A DNA stretch of 64,000 nt from a virus (lineage: Duplodnaviria; Caudoviricetes): positions 24,162-88,161 of IMG/VR virus record IMGVR_UViG_2630968317_000001. The stretch is one strand, 5' to 3'. The notes beneath the pieces are model-generated. The model ran no database searches. It saw nothing but the letters and a program-made list of their open reading frames with translations, and was not told the DNA's origin. The position numbers and the translations under genes were made by a program. Positions 17,610-27,532 of this stretch are shown piece after piece. Position 1 is the stretch's first letter, and each line of letters begins with the position of its first letter.

Positions 17610-19889
17610 GTGGAAATCAAGCCGTTAAAACTAAACGTAAATGCGGGCAAGGCGGCGCCGGCGACCGAAGTTGCTAAACGTAAGCAAGCGGCCAACGCCG
17701 TCGAGCCAATCGAGGATGCCTGGCGTCGCATCTACGCTAGCAAACTTAGCGACTCGGACCGGCAGAAATTAGACGAAGTCAAGGCGGCTTTGGAGGACGG
17801 ACGCTTGGCGCGCGATCCTTCTGACTGCGTTAATAAGGCGGGCAAGCCGAAGAAGTTCAGCAAGGCGGAAGCGCTGCGACTTTGGAAAACGGTGCAAGCG
17901 CAGGTCCGCGAGGAAAAGCTACGCAAGATGGTCGAGGAAACGCCCGTCAACTACGAACTTATTACGACTGAACACGAACTTGCGAATTTACTCGACGATC
18001 TTAGGAACGAAGAGATAATCGCAGTTGATACGGAGACAACTGGCGTAGACGTGTACACGGACGTTATTGTCGGTATTTCACTAACTTTACCTCGAACTGA
18101 CCGGCACGTATATCTACCGGTTGATCACGTTGGTTGCGAGCAGCTTAGCCGAGAGTACGTACTTAGCGAATTAGCGGTCGTATTTAACGACGATAAGATC
18201 GGAAAGGTCCTGCACAACGCCATATTCGATATCGCAATGCTACGGAGACACGGGCATGACCTCGAAGGCGTCGTGTGGGATACAATGACCGCGATGCATA
18301 TTCTTAATGAGAACGAAGGAGATCGAAGTACCGGCGGCGCTGGTTCGTTTAAATTAAAAGACTTGGCGCCTAAATATTTAAAAACGCCGTCAGACACCTA
18401 CGACAGTCTATTCGGAAAGAATGCGCAATTTAGAGAAGTTCCTTTAGATATCGCGCTAGTTTATGCTGCGAAGGATACGGAGTTAACTTGGAGACTTTAC
18501 GAATTTCAGCGAAAACATATGGCGCAAATGCCGACGGTCTTAGAATACTACGAAACCGTGGAAGTGCCGTTGCTATATGTAATTGTAACCTTAGAAGCCA
18601 ACGGATATGTACTCGACTTGGACTTCGCTAAGGAATACGGAGAAAAGTTGCACCAACGTGCCGAAGAATTACGGGAAGAATTAGTCGCAGAGTTGACGCC
18701 GTTTCATGAAGGGGACGAACAGATAAATCTAAATTCGACACATCAAATGCGCCCTGCACTCTCGAAATCGATCGGCAAAGAACTTCCTAATATGGATGCG
18801 AAGAAAACGCTGAAACCGTTAAAAGATAGTCACGATATCATTGCGAAGCTCTTGGAATACCGTAAAATCAGCAAGTTGAGTGGGACATATATCGATACTT
18901 TACCGACTAAACAAAACCCTACAACTAAGCGATGGCACTCACGATTCAACCCGATGGGAACCGTAACAGGGAGATTCAGTTCCGGTAAGGATGAAGAAGA
19001 CAAGACGCAACAGGGATTTAATGTGCAGAACCAACCGCCGGAAGCGCGACCTATGTTTATACCTCCGAAAGGGAAAGTTCTTGTAGGCGCCGACTTCAAA
19101 GCCCAGGAAATTAGATGCGTAGCGTATTTGTCAGAAGAACCCGTTCTAATCGACGCATTCTTAAAAAGCCTCGATCCTTACGCAACGATGGCGTCCAACT
19201 TCTATAAGCGACCTTACGCGGATGTTTATAAGAATCCCGATGGATCCGACACTAAAGAGCGAAAGCAGATGAAAGTAGTGTGGCTAGCGACGCTATACGG
19301 TATGAGCGACTATTCTCTCGCAGACATGCTCGGAACTTCTAAGAAAGACGCTACGGCGTTTAAGGAAGAGCTATTCGGAAGTATGCCGAAGCTATCTTCG
19401 TGGCTAAAAGAGAACGAAAACTTTGTTCGTGAGTATGGGTTCGTATGGGCGGATTTAAAAGCACGTAAGCGAAGACTGCCCGACGCGAAATTACCTAGAA
19501 AAAACATTCCATTCGGAAAGTGGAACGATCCTAAATACGACGCTGCTAGAAAACACAATTCGAGTATTAACCGAGCCTTACGTCAGGCGACAAATGCGCG
19601 TGTTCAAGGTTCGTCATCTATTCAAACAAAAGTGACGATGATTAAGGCGCATGAGTATTGCGGGAACAAACCGGGATGGAAGTTGTGGTCATCGGTACAT
19701 GACGAACTAATTTTCGAAGTCCCGGAAGATTTTACACAAGAAGAAGCGCAAGATATTCGCGATATTATGCTTAATTCGTATCGCTGGGGAGACGTTGTGC
19801 CTAACGGAACTGATATCGAAGTTATGCGGAAATGGGGAGAAGGCGTGCCCTTAGACGACTGGTTTAAAAATAAGGAGGAGATTAATTGA
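17610..19889 (+). CDS. polA: Family A DNA polymerase with 3'-5' exonuclease
   Basis: AVDTETTG; TVTGRFSS; motif A GADFKAQEIR; motif B RKQMKVVWLATLYG; motif C SVHDELIFE. Confidence 0.95.
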   Translation: MEIKPLKLNVNAGKAAPATEVAKRKQAANAVEPIEDAWRRIYASKLSDSDRQKLDEVKAALEDGRLARDPSDCVNKAGKPKKFSKAEALRLWKTVQAQVREEKLRKMVEETPVNYELITTEHELANLLDDLRNEEIIAVDTETTGVDVYTDVIVGISLTLPRTDRHVYLPVDHVGCEQLSREYVLSELAVVFNDDKIGKVLHNAIFDIAMLRRHGHDLEGVVWDTMTAMHILNENEGDRSTGGAGSFKLKDLAPKYLKTPSDTYDSLFGKNAQFREVPLDIALVYAAKDTELTWRLYEFQRKHMAQMPTVLEYYETVEVPLLYVIVTLEANGYVLDLDFAKEYGEKLHQRAEELREELVAELTPFHEGDEQINLNSTHQMRPALSKSIGKELPNMDAKKTLKPLKDSHDIIAKLLEYRKISKLSGTYIDTLPTKQNPTTKRWHSRFNPMGTVTGRFSSGKDEEDKTQQGFNVQNQPPEARPMFIPPKGKVLVGADFKAQEIRCVAYLSEEPVLIDAFLKSLDPYATMASNFYKRPYADVYKNPDGSDTKERKQMKVVWLATLYGMSDYSLADMLGTSKKDATAFKEELFGSMPKLSSWLKENENFVREYGFVWADLKARKRRLPDAKLPRKNIPFGKWNDPKYDAARKHNSSINRALRQATNARVQGSSSIQTKVTMIKAHEYCGNKPGWKLWSSVHDELIFEVPEDFTQEEAQDIRDIMLNSYRWGDVVPNGTDIEVMRKWGEGVPLDDWFKNKEEIN

Positions 19890-20935
19890 CGGCAGACAAA
19901 CGAAAATTAGCGGCTCAATTACTTAGTAACGGCGGTTCTTCCGAGCCATCATTTGCGCAATCAATCGCGGATGAACTTGTATCGTATCTTAACGAATGGC
20001 ATTCGCTGCCCGAGACGTGGGATAACCAATTAGACGCAGATATTCACCGATGGTATGCGAACGCGCCAAACGTATTTCCGAAGCGTCCGTATTTCTCACC
20101 GTCGGCATCAAACGCATGTCCGCGCGAACTATACCACAAGGCGCTGAACGCGAAAAAGGACGTCGAGGCCAAGCCGCCATATCAAGGACGATGGACGCGT
20201 CTAGGAACGGCGATCGGCGACATGATCCAGCGCGATATTTTGTTCATGGCGAAGCACTTCGGTAAAAAGACCGGACGCGTGTGTCCGTTTGACTTTGAAC
20301 GCAACGAGGACGGAACACCGGTATTCGAGGACTTTGCTAAACGCAATCACAAGATCGAGCGCGGTGGGCAGACGTTCTACTTATACGGGACTTGCGACGG
20401 CATTCTTCGCTATGTGACGGCAGACGGCGAAATCTTACGGGTTGGCCTCGAAATCAAGTCGAAGCAAACGACCGCCGCCAAGACTTCGCTGCATTCGATG
20501 CGTGAACCGGAAGCAAAACACGTAGCGCAATGCGTGACTTACGGGCCGATGTATGGTGTCGATTATTACGTTATTTTGTACGTCAACGCGTCCAAGAAAT
20601 CGTGGGTCTATCCGGAAGGTGAGTTCGAGAAATCGCCGGACATCCGAGCGTTCGGCATCGAAATCAAGCCGCATGACATTGACGCGATTCTTGATAGATT
20701 CGTAGATATCCGAGATGCGGTCGATGCGGGTACGCCGCCGGCGCTTGATCTCGGAGCATGGACGTTCAACAACTATAAAACTACGATTGCTAAGTCGTTA
20801 ACGGATGAGGAACTGCAGATCATTCGCGAGAAAGTAGCGCAAGTACGTAGGTCGGGCATGTACGCAAGCACGAAGCAGCAGTACGCAGAGGCGCTCGCAT
20901 TTATCGAGAGAGTACGAGAAGGGGAGGCGGTTTGA
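19886..20935 (+). CDS. PD-(D/E)XK (RecB/Cas4-like) exonuclease
   Basis: FSPSASNACPRELY; GTCDGIL; LEIKS; QCVTY. Confidence 0.75.
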   Translation: MTADKRKLAAQLLSNGGSSEPSFAQSIADELVSYLNEWHSLPETWDNQLDADIHRWYANAPNVFPKRPYFSPSASNACPRELYHKALNAKKDVEAKPPYQGRWTRLGTAIGDMIQRDILFMAKHFGKKTGRVCPFDFERNEDGTPVFEDFAKRNHKIERGGQTFYLYGTCDGILRYVTADGEILRVGLEIKSKQTTAAKTSLHSMREPEAKHVAQCVTYGPMYGVDYYVILYVNASKKSWVYPEGEFEKSPDIRAFGIEIKPHDIDAILDRFVDIRDAVDAGTPPALDLGAWTFNNYKTTIAKSLTDEELQIIREKVAQVRRSGMYASTKQQYAEALAFIERVREGEAV

Positions 20936-21189
20936 TGTCGTTTAAACTTATCAGAGTTCGGAGCATCGGAAATAAAGAGGTGCCGGAGTGGAAGAAAAGC
21001 TTCACGGGTGAATTATGCCGTATCGGAAACGTTCGTTTGGGGAGACGCCTAGTAGTCGATTTTCCAAACGTAGACATGCATCTTGTCACTACCGAAATAG
21101 TCGCGTACAACTCCGACTGGAGGGCGAGTAACAGCTTAATCTTGCAAACCCAAAATACAGTTTACGTGTTCTCGAAGGAGGCGGTTTGA
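20932..21189 (+). CDS. Hypothetical protein
   Basis: RBS GGAGG; coupled. Confidence 0.65.
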   Translation: MMSFKLIRVRSIGNKEVPEWKKSFTGELCRIGNVRLGRRLVVDFPNVDMHLVTTEIVAYNSDWRASNSLILQTQNTVYVFSKEAV

Positions 21190-21386
21190 TGACGGTAGAT
21201 GACGTTCGGGAACGCGTTGAAAATATCCGACAAGTAGCCTTCGATGACGAGACGGCTCATGGCATGGAAGACGACTTGTATATCGATGTTTTAGAGGCGA
21301 TCGCAACCGGCGCAGATAGCCCAGAAAAACTTGCGGCAGAGGCGCTAAAGACGCAGGAAATCGAATTCTATCGGTGGTATTCGTGA
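21186..21386 (+). CDS. Small acidic helical protein
   Basis: RBS GGAGG; DDETAHGMEDDLY...FYRWYS. Confidence 0.75.
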   Translation: MMTVDDVRERVENIRQVAFDDETAHGMEDDLYIDVLEAIATGADSPEKLAAEALKTQEIEFYRWYS

Positions 21387-21919
21387 CCGCCGCCAAGCCT
21401 ATCCGCATCCTTGCGCTAGACATATCAACGAACCCAGGCTTCGCAGTCCTCGAAGTTAAGCGCCTAAAGTCAGGACCGCGTATCAATCTCGTTCACGTAA
21501 CGTCTGTCAGCACGTCAAGCCAATCGCCGGATAGCCATCGTTACTCTTATATCGAAGCTGCAACGACAATGGTTCTGCACGAATACGGACCGTTTGACGT
21601 AGTTGTCCGCGAACATTTCAAGGGCGGTCGAAATAAGAGATCGACGCAAACAGTGTTCGGAGCATGGGCGGTCATTGATACGGCGCTTGGTAAATACGGA
21701 TACAAGGTCGACGAAGAGATACCGCCGACCGCAGTTAAGCGGGATGTGACTGGAAATGGCAGCGCATCAAAGGACGAAGTAGAGGCGGGTGTAAGGCGCA
21801 TGCTTGCGTTACCGGATGACTTTACGTTTCGTACGGATGATGAATCGGATGCGGTGGCGGTTGGGCTTTCGTATCTAGTTCGTGAAGGCGTAATTGAGAA
21901 ACCGAAAGGGGCGGAATAG
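21383..21919 (+). CDS. ruvC: RuvC-like Holliday junction resolvase
   Basis: ILALDIS; VVVRE; VTGNGSASKDEV; DDESDAVAVG. Confidence 0.88.
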   Translation: MTAAKPIRILALDISTNPGFAVLEVKRLKSGPRINLVHVTSVSTSSQSPDSHRYSYIEAATTMVLHEYGPFDVVVREHFKGGRNKRSTQTVFGAWAVIDTALGKYGYKVDEEIPPTAVKRDVTGNGSASKDEVEAGVRRMLALPDDFTFRTDDESDAVAVGLSYLVREGVIEKPKGAE

Positions 21920-22414
21920 ATGGGCGTGGGTTTAATTATTACGTTTGTTGTAACTACGTTAGTTGCCGCAGTTTTAATGCTCGGTATATATGGTTACGTC
22001 GCTTCACTCCTCCTCGGAGCAGCAGGAGGAGCAATAGTCGCACTCATCGCGTGTATACCTATGATTTTTGCGGAAATGCATGCGGTCGATCCAGTTAAAA
22101 CGGAAGTCTATTCGCTGAAAGATGCGTCCGAAACATCCGGTAGATTCGTCTTAGGATCGGGAACAGCGCAAGAGGTGCCGTATTTTTACTACGTAGTGGA
22201 GAAGGACGGATTTAAGTCGATTGATAAAGCGGTAATTGGAGCTTCTAAGATTCGCGAAGGGTCATACGAAAAGCCATACGTTCTTACTTATGACGTCCAG
22301 TATAAATCGGCTATTGCACGATTCTTCTATGGCAAGAGTACGGGGTTAAATACGTACGAATTTTACTTACCGGAAAACACGATTACGACCGACTATAAAA
22401 TTGATATGGAGTGA
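21920..22414 (+). CDS. Membrane protein
   Basis: Two N-terminal TM segments; SGRFVLGSG. Confidence 0.75.
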   Translation: MGVGLIITFVVTTLVAAVLMLGIYGYVASLLLGAAGGAIVALIACIPMIFAEMHAVDPVKTEVYSLKDASETSGRFVLGSGTAQEVPYFYYVVEKDGFKSIDKAVIGASKIREGSYEKPYVLTYDVQYKSAIARFFYGKSTGLNTYEFYLPENTITTDYKIDME

Positions 22415-22683
22415 TTCGGATGGATAAACACGAAGAATACGTAATCAAAATTACAGGCGCATTAGGGGAAGTTTTTAACGAAGAATCCGAGCATTTTATT
22501 GCGGAATTAAAGAACGTCGACTTAACGGCATTCTTTACGGCTGCAAACACAGCTCTCGGAGTCATGTATAACCACTATACAGGCGACCATAAGAACGCGG
22601 TTGAATTTACGCACCTACTTAACGGGTTGGCGGTTCGGAAAGCGATCGAGAGTGCAACGAAGGAGGCGGGTGCAAATGGATAA
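22411..22683 (+). CDS. Hypothetical protein
   Basis: Coupled ORF. Confidence 0.7.
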   Translation: MIRMDKHEEYVIKITGALGEVFNEESEHFIAELKNVDLTAFFTAANTALGVMYNHYTGDHKNAVEFTHLLNGLAVRKAIESATKEAGANG

Positions 22684-23041
22684 AGCGATGGCTTACATCG
22701 ACAAGTTAGCCGCAAAGCTCGGAGTGGCGGCGGAACATGTTTACGGAGTGCTCGTTAAGCAGGCGGTGGTCGGCGGAGTACTTTCAACGCTTATGATGAT
22801 AGCCGCCATAATTATCGCGGTGTTGTTAACGAAATCACTCGCGAAGAAGAGTCGTGAGCACCAAAAACATATTGGAGAATACGACCTCAATCCGTACCAA
22901 GTAATTCATTGGTGTACGGTGCTTGCTTTAGCGGTACTCTCTATAGCTGCGTTAATTAACGGGCCTGATATGGTCGGGAAGATCATCAACCCGGAATACT
23001 ACGCGATCAAGGAAATCCTCGACACGATCGGAGGTAAATGA
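22676..23041 (+). CDS. Membrane protein
   Basis: LAAKLGVAAEHVYGVLVKQA...INPEYYAIKEIL; two TM segments. Confidence 0.75.
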   Translation: MDKAMAYIDKLAAKLGVAAEHVYGVLVKQAVVGGVLSTLMMIAAIIIAVLLTKSLAKKSREHQKHIGEYDLNPYQVIHWCTVLALAVLSIAALINGPDMVGKIINPEYYAIKEILDTIGGK

Positions 23042-23247
23042 CGATGGGATACGGAGATATTTTCGTTGCGCCGATCGCTAATTTGCTCGACATGAAGCGG
23101 CGGCTCGAATCAGATTTAGGCGACCATGAATACGCATTAAACCGCCTTGAACTTAAGCGCGTCGAAACGGAAATCGAACGTGACCGGACGGCTGCTAGAA
23201 TTGAGGAATTAGCTGCAGAAATTGAACGGAGAGGTGGGCGCGGATGA
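23038..23247 (+). CDS. Coiled-coil hypothetical protein
   Basis: Coupled ORF with RBS. Confidence 0.65.
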   Translation: MTMGYGDIFVAPIANLLDMKRRLESDLGDHEYALNRLELKRVETEIERDRTAARIEELAAEIERRGGRG

Positions 23248-23438
23248 AAACGAGAGAAGAGATTCAGTCAGAGATAGCCGGATTACGTAGCATGATTGAA
23301 GCCGCGAATAGTGAGATTGAAGCCGCGAATAGTGAGATTGAAGACTTAGAAAGAGATATTAACTATGCATACGATAAAAAGGCCGAACTTGAAGCCGAGT
23401 TAGCCTCGCTAGATCAATCGGAAGGTGAAGACGAATGA
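23244..23438 (+). CDS. Acidic coiled-coil protein with 21-bp tandem duplication
   Basis: IEAANSE x2 (23294-23335). Confidence 0.65.
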   Translation: MKTREEIQSEIAGLRSMIEAANSEIEAANSEIEDLERDINYAYDKKAELEAELASLDQSEGEDE

Positions 23439-23599
23439 TTACGTACGTTGCGCTATTCAGCCTCGCAATCCTCATCATTTTTGTAGGCGGCACAAATGCG
23501 AAGACGTTCGAAAAAATCACGACGAAAATCGCCGGCCTCGTCCTACTAATCATTCCTACTGCGGTGCTATTAGCGTACGCGACCGGAGTTCAGCCGTGA
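23435..23599 (+). CDS. Small two-TM membrane protein, 54 aa
   Basis: MITYVALFSLAILIIFVGG...LVLLIIPTAVLLAYATGVQP; overlaps both neighbours by 4 nt. Confidence 0.65.
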   Translation: MITYVALFSLAILIIFVGGTNAKTFEKITTKIAGLVLLIIPTAVLLAYATGVQP

Positions 23600-23952
23600 T
23601 CGTATATTTCTACTCGCTGACGGGAAACGTACGGCGGTTCATCGCTAAGACCGGACTAGGTGGTCATGCGCGTGAAGTCAAGACGGGCGAGGTCGTTGAG
23701 GAACCGTTCGTACTCGTAACGCCGACCTACGACTTCGGCCGGCCGCCTGCAACAGTAAGCGAATGGCTTAAGGATAACGGCGATTGGATGGTCGGCGTGT
23801 CGGCGTCGGGCAATCGTAACTGGGGCGACGGCTTTGGCGCGGCTGCCGACGTTATTGCGACGCTTTATGACGTTCCGGTGGTCGGCAAATTCGAATTAGC
23901 AGGGACGGAAGAGGACGTAAGACAATTTACGGAAAGGGTGAAGGCGCTTTGA
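23596..23952 (+). CDS. nrdI: Flavodoxin NrdI
   Basis: YSLTGNVRRF; VTPTYDFG; SGNRNWG; KFELAGT. Confidence 0.92.
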   Translation: MIVYFYSLTGNVRRFIAKTGLGGHAREVKTGEVVEEPFVLVTPTYDFGRPPATVSEWLKDNGDWMVGVSASGNRNWGDGFGAAADVIATLYDVPVVGKFELAGTEEDVRQFTERVKAL

Positions 23953-26036
23953 AGCGACACATCGAGTTAAATAACGAAATTATGATTCAAAAAGACGGGC
24001 GGTTTCAATTCGAGAAAGACGAAGAGGCCGTCCGTGCTTATTTTATAGACTACGTAAATCAAAACACCGTATTTTTCCACGATTTAAAAGAAAAACTCGA
24101 CTATCTACGCGATAACGATTACTACGAGACGGAATTCTTAGACGCTTATACATTCGATGAAATCAAGGCGGTCTATAAAACGGCCTATGCCGCCAAGTTC
24201 AGATTCCCTTCGTTCATGAGCGCATTCAAATTCTACAACGACTACGCGCTGAAGACGAACGACCGTAAAAAGATTCTCGAACGCTACGAGGACCGCATCG
24301 CTTGCTGTGCGCTGTACTTCGGAAAAGGAGACGTGGCTAAGGCGATCGAGTTTGCGCAGTTAATGATCCGCCAAGAGTATCAGCCGGCGACTCCTACGTT
24401 TTTGAATGCCGGACGTAAACGCAGAGGCGAGATGGTGTCATGTTTTCTGCTCGAAGTAAACGATTCGCTGAACGATATTTCACGTGCAATCGACATTTCG
24501 ATGCAGCTATCGAAGGTTGGCGGGGGCGTATCGCTTAACTTATCTAAACTTCGCGCAAAAGGTGAGGCGATCAAGGAAGTGGAGGGCGTAACGAAAGGCG
24601 CGATCGGCGTAATGAAGCTGCTCGATAATGCGTTCCGATATGCAGATCAGATGGGCCAGCGGCAAGGTTCGGGCGCAGCGTATCTAAACGTATTCCACGC
24701 GGATATAAACGATTTCTTAGATACGAAAAAAATCTCGGCAGATGAAGACGTCCGCGTCAAAACGCTATCCATCGGCGTCGTGGTGCCCGATAAATTCATC
24801 GAACTAGCGCGAGAAGATCGTCCCGCCTACGTTTTCTATCCACATACGGTCTATAAGGCATATGGAACGCATCTAGACGAAATGGACATCGGCGCAATGT
24901 ACGATGAACTCGTAAATAATCCGGCGGTACGTAAAGAACGGATTAACCCGCGCCAGCTACTCGAAAAGATGGCCGTGCTGCGCTCCGAGTCAGGATATCC
25001 GTACATGATGTTTCAAGACAACGTTAACCGAGAACATGCGTTGAATCATATCAGCCGCGTTAAATTCTCGAATTTGTGTTCGGAGGTGCTTCAGGCGTCA
25101 ACCGTCTCGGAATACACCGACTATGGAGAACCGGATGATATCGGCCTAGACATTTCGTGTAATCTCGGCTCTCTTAATATTGCGAATGTGATGGCGGGTG
25201 GCTCGATCGAAAACGCCGTCAAATTGGCCGTTGATGCGCTTACGGTCGTCTCTGAATCTACGAATATTAAAAACGCGCCAGCTGTCGCAAAGGCTAACCG
25301 TGAGATGCGTTCTATCGGACTCGGCGCGATGAATCTGCATGGCTATCTAGCGCAGAATGGCATCGCATATGAATCGGAAGAAGCGCGTGACTTTGCTAAC
25401 GTGTTTTTCGCCACAGTTAACTACTGGACGTTGGTACGCTCGAATGAATTGGCGCAGGAAACGGGATCAACATTTGAAGGCTACGAGGGTTCTACGTATG
25501 CGAGCGGAGAGTATTTCGAGAAGTATTTCGAAGGTGATTATCGACCAAAAACGGATAAAGTGCGGGCGCTATTTAAAGACATCGTGATTCCTACGCCCCT
25601 CGAATGGGAAGTCTTACGCGATAACGTAAACATGCACGGACTCTACCACGCCTATAGACTTGCGATTGCGCCTAACGGATCTATTTCGTATGTGCAGTCG
25701 GCGACGGCTTCGGTCATGCCAATTATGGAGCGTATTGAAGAACGGACTTACGGAAATTCGAAGACGTACTATCCAATGCCTGGATTATCGCCGCAAAACT
25801 GGTTCTTTTACAAGGAAGCGTACGACATGGATATGTTCAAGGTCGTGGATATGATCGCAACAATTCAGCAGCACGTCGACCAAGGCATCTCATTTACGCT
25901 GTTTTTAAAAGATACGATGACGACGCGTGATCTGAATCGGATTGACCTGTACGCGCACCACAAAGGAATCAAGACGCTTTATTATGCGCGCACTAAAGAT
26001 ACGACGCAGGAGGGGTGTTTATCATGTGCCGTTTAG
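23949..26036 (+). CDS. nrdE: Class Ib ribonucleotide reductase alpha
   Basis: QPATPTFLNAG; VSCFLL; SNLCSEV; SCNLGS; TLYYAR; C-terminal CxxC. Confidence 0.97.
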   Translation: MKRHIELNNEIMIQKDGRFQFEKDEEAVRAYFIDYVNQNTVFFHDLKEKLDYLRDNDYYETEFLDAYTFDEIKAVYKTAYAAKFRFPSFMSAFKFYNDYALKTNDRKKILERYEDRIACCALYFGKGDVAKAIEFAQLMIRQEYQPATPTFLNAGRKRRGEMVSCFLLEVNDSLNDISRAIDISMQLSKVGGGVSLNLSKLRAKGEAIKEVEGVTKGAIGVMKLLDNAFRYADQMGQRQGSGAAYLNVFHADINDFLDTKKISADEDVRVKTLSIGVVVPDKFIELAREDRPAYVFYPHTVYKAYGTHLDEMDIGAMYDELVNNPAVRKERINPRQLLEKMAVLRSESGYPYMMFQDNVNREHALNHISRVKFSNLCSEVLQASTVSEYTDYGEPDDIGLDISCNLGSLNIANVMAGGSIENAVKLAVDALTVVSESTNIKNAPAVAKANREMRSIGLGAMNLHGYLAQNGIAYESEEARDFANVFFATVNYWTLVRSNELAQETGSTFEGYEGSTYASGEYFEKYFEGDYRPKTDKVRALFKDIVIPTPLEWEVLRDNVNMHGLYHAYRLAIAPNGSISYVQSATASVMPIMERIEERTYGNSKTYYPMPGLSPQNWFFYKEAYDMDMFKVVDMIATIQQHVDQGISFTLFLKDTMTTRDLNRIDLYAHHKGIKTLYYARTKDTTQEGCLSCAV

Positions 26037-26179
26037 ATCGAAATACGACGGAGTACTCAAACAAAGATAAAGCGGTTAGACTTTCGCATAACACAAAGGC
26101 TTATGCGGACGGAGAGAAGTCGTTTAGACTATCCCATAATACAAAGACACTTGTAAATCAGGGGAGGACGAATACTTGA
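26024..26179 (+). CDS. 51-aa ORF with duplicated RLSHNTK between nrdE and nrdF
   Basis: RBS AGGAGG; stop overlaps the nrdF TTG. Confidence 0.55.
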   Translation: MCRLDRNTTEYSNKDKAVRLSHNTKAYADGEKSFRLSHNTKTLVNQGRTNT

Positions 26180-27150
26180 CGACATTCACAGCGGCCAATT
26201 GGTCGCAATCAGACGATAATTTCACGGCCATGTTCTACGATCAGAACGTCAAGCAATTTTGGCTGCCGGAGGAGATTTCGCTAAATGGCGACCTCCTTGC
26301 GTGGCACGAACTGAAGCCAGCCGAACGCGATACGTATATGAAAGTGCTCGCCGGCCTGACGTTATTAGATACGGAGCAAGGCAACACCGGCATGCCCGCG
26401 ATTATGGCGCACGTAGACGGACACCAACGCAAGGCCGTCCTTAATTTCATGGCGATGATGGAGAACGCAGTCCATGCGAAATCCTATTCGAATATCTTTC
26501 TAACGCTGGCGCCTTCGGAAACCATTACGGCCGTCTTCGAATGGGTTAAAGAAAACCGTTATTTGCAGCGCAAAGCGAAGCTGATCACCGACCTTTATCG
26601 CGATATCAAGGCAGGCGACGATATTTCGTTATACAAAGCGATGGTGGCTTCGGTATACCTCGAAAGTTTCCTATTCTACAGCGGCTTTTATTATCCGTTG
26701 TATTTCTACGGGCAGGGACGCATGATGCAGAGCGGCGAGATAATTAACTTAATTATTCGCGATGAAGCGATACACGGCGTCTACGTCGGGTTGCTTGCGC
26801 AGGAAATTTATAACCGGCAGACGGCCGTCGTTAAGGCGGGCTTGCACGAATGGGCAGTCGGTTTATTAACGGATCTATACGAAAACGAGGTCGCATATAC
26901 GGACGATGTGTATGGTGCGGTCGGTTTGGCGCATGATGTTAAGTCTTTCGTCCGATACAACGCGAATAAGGCACTCATGAACCTCGGCTTTGCGGCGCAT
27001 TTTCCGGATGAGCCGGTCAATCCGATTGTGATAAACGGGTTGAGTACGAAGACGAAGGCACATGACTTCTTCTCAATGCAAGGAAACGGATATAAAAAGG
27101 CAACGGTCGAGGCACTTAAAGACGAAGATTTTTATTTTCCTGCCGATTAA
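26176..27150 (+). CDS. nrdF: Class Ib ribonucleotide reductase beta
   Basis: FWLPEEI; LTLLDTEQG; [11 protein letters not shown]; IIRDEAIHG. Confidence 0.97.
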   Translation: MTTFTAANWSQSDDNFTAMFYDQNVKQFWLPEEISLNGDLLAWHELKPAERDTYMKVLAGLTLLDTEQGNTGMPAIMAHVDGHQRKAVLNFMAMMENAVHAKSYSNIFLTLAPSETITAVFEWVKENRYLQRKAKLITDLYRDIKAGDDISLYKAMVASVYLESFLFYSGFYYPLYFYGQGRMMQSGEIINLIIRDEAIHGVYVGLLAQEIYNRQTAVVKAGLHEWAVGLLTDLYENEVAYTDDVYGAVGLAHDVKSFVRYNANKALMNLGFAAHFPDEPVNPIVINGLSTKTKAHDFFSMQGNGYKKATVEALKDEDFYFPAD

Positions 27151-27183
27151 TGTCCCGATTTCCGCCGTCCACATGCGACTGTA
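27149..27183 (+). promoter_or_regulatory. Phage bipartite motif, copy 3
   Basis: AATGTCCCGATT-tccgccgtc-CACATGCGACTGTA. Confidence 0.75.
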
Positions 27184-27214
27184 TAAGTGAAAGCGAAAAT
27201 AAGGAGCTGATCGT

Positions 27215-27385
27215 ATGCGAGAGACGATTAACCGAGGCGCTTTAATTGCGGCGTCCATCGTGCCGGCCTTTTGGTACGCACATGCAGCGGGCTTTTGGTG
27301 GTTCGTGGCGGCGGGAGCGCCGTTCTTACTATACGTGGTTACGCTACCGTTTGAGGACGGTAAGCCCACGAAGGAGGGCGAATAA
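27215..27385 (+). CDS. Small membrane protein, 56 aa
   Basis: RBS AAGGAG; MRETINRGALIAASIVPAFWYAHAAGFWWF... Confidence 0.6.
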   Translation: MRETINRGALIAASIVPAFWYAHAAGFWWFVAAGAPFLLYVVTLPFEDGKPTKEGE

Positions 27386-27532
27386 ATGCGTTATATTCTA
27401 GCGGGAATAGTGATAGTCGGCACCGCGACGTGGCTGGATTGTTTCAGACCATCTATCGCAGAGGCCGTAATCTACCTCGTTACTATTGCGGCGGCCTTAC
27501 TCACGGGCGCGGTTAAAAAGGAGGACGAGTAG
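27386..27532 (+). CDS. Small membrane protein, 48 aa
   Basis: RBS GGAGG; MRYILAGIVIVGTATWLD... Confidence 0.6.
   Translation: MRYILAGIVIVGTATWLDCFRPSIAEAVIYLVTIAAALLTGAVKKEDE

Noticed and set aside
19886-20935. Cas4 / CRISPR association
   Set aside because: Stand-alone PD-(D/E)XK nuclease beside PolA, ordinary for phage replication modules
23294-23343. 21-bp tandem repeat
   Set aside because: Simple in-frame heptad duplication in a coiled coil
23949-27150. Introns or inteins in nrdE/nrdF as in SPbeta
   Set aside because: Both ORFs are continuous and of standard length (695 and 324 aa)
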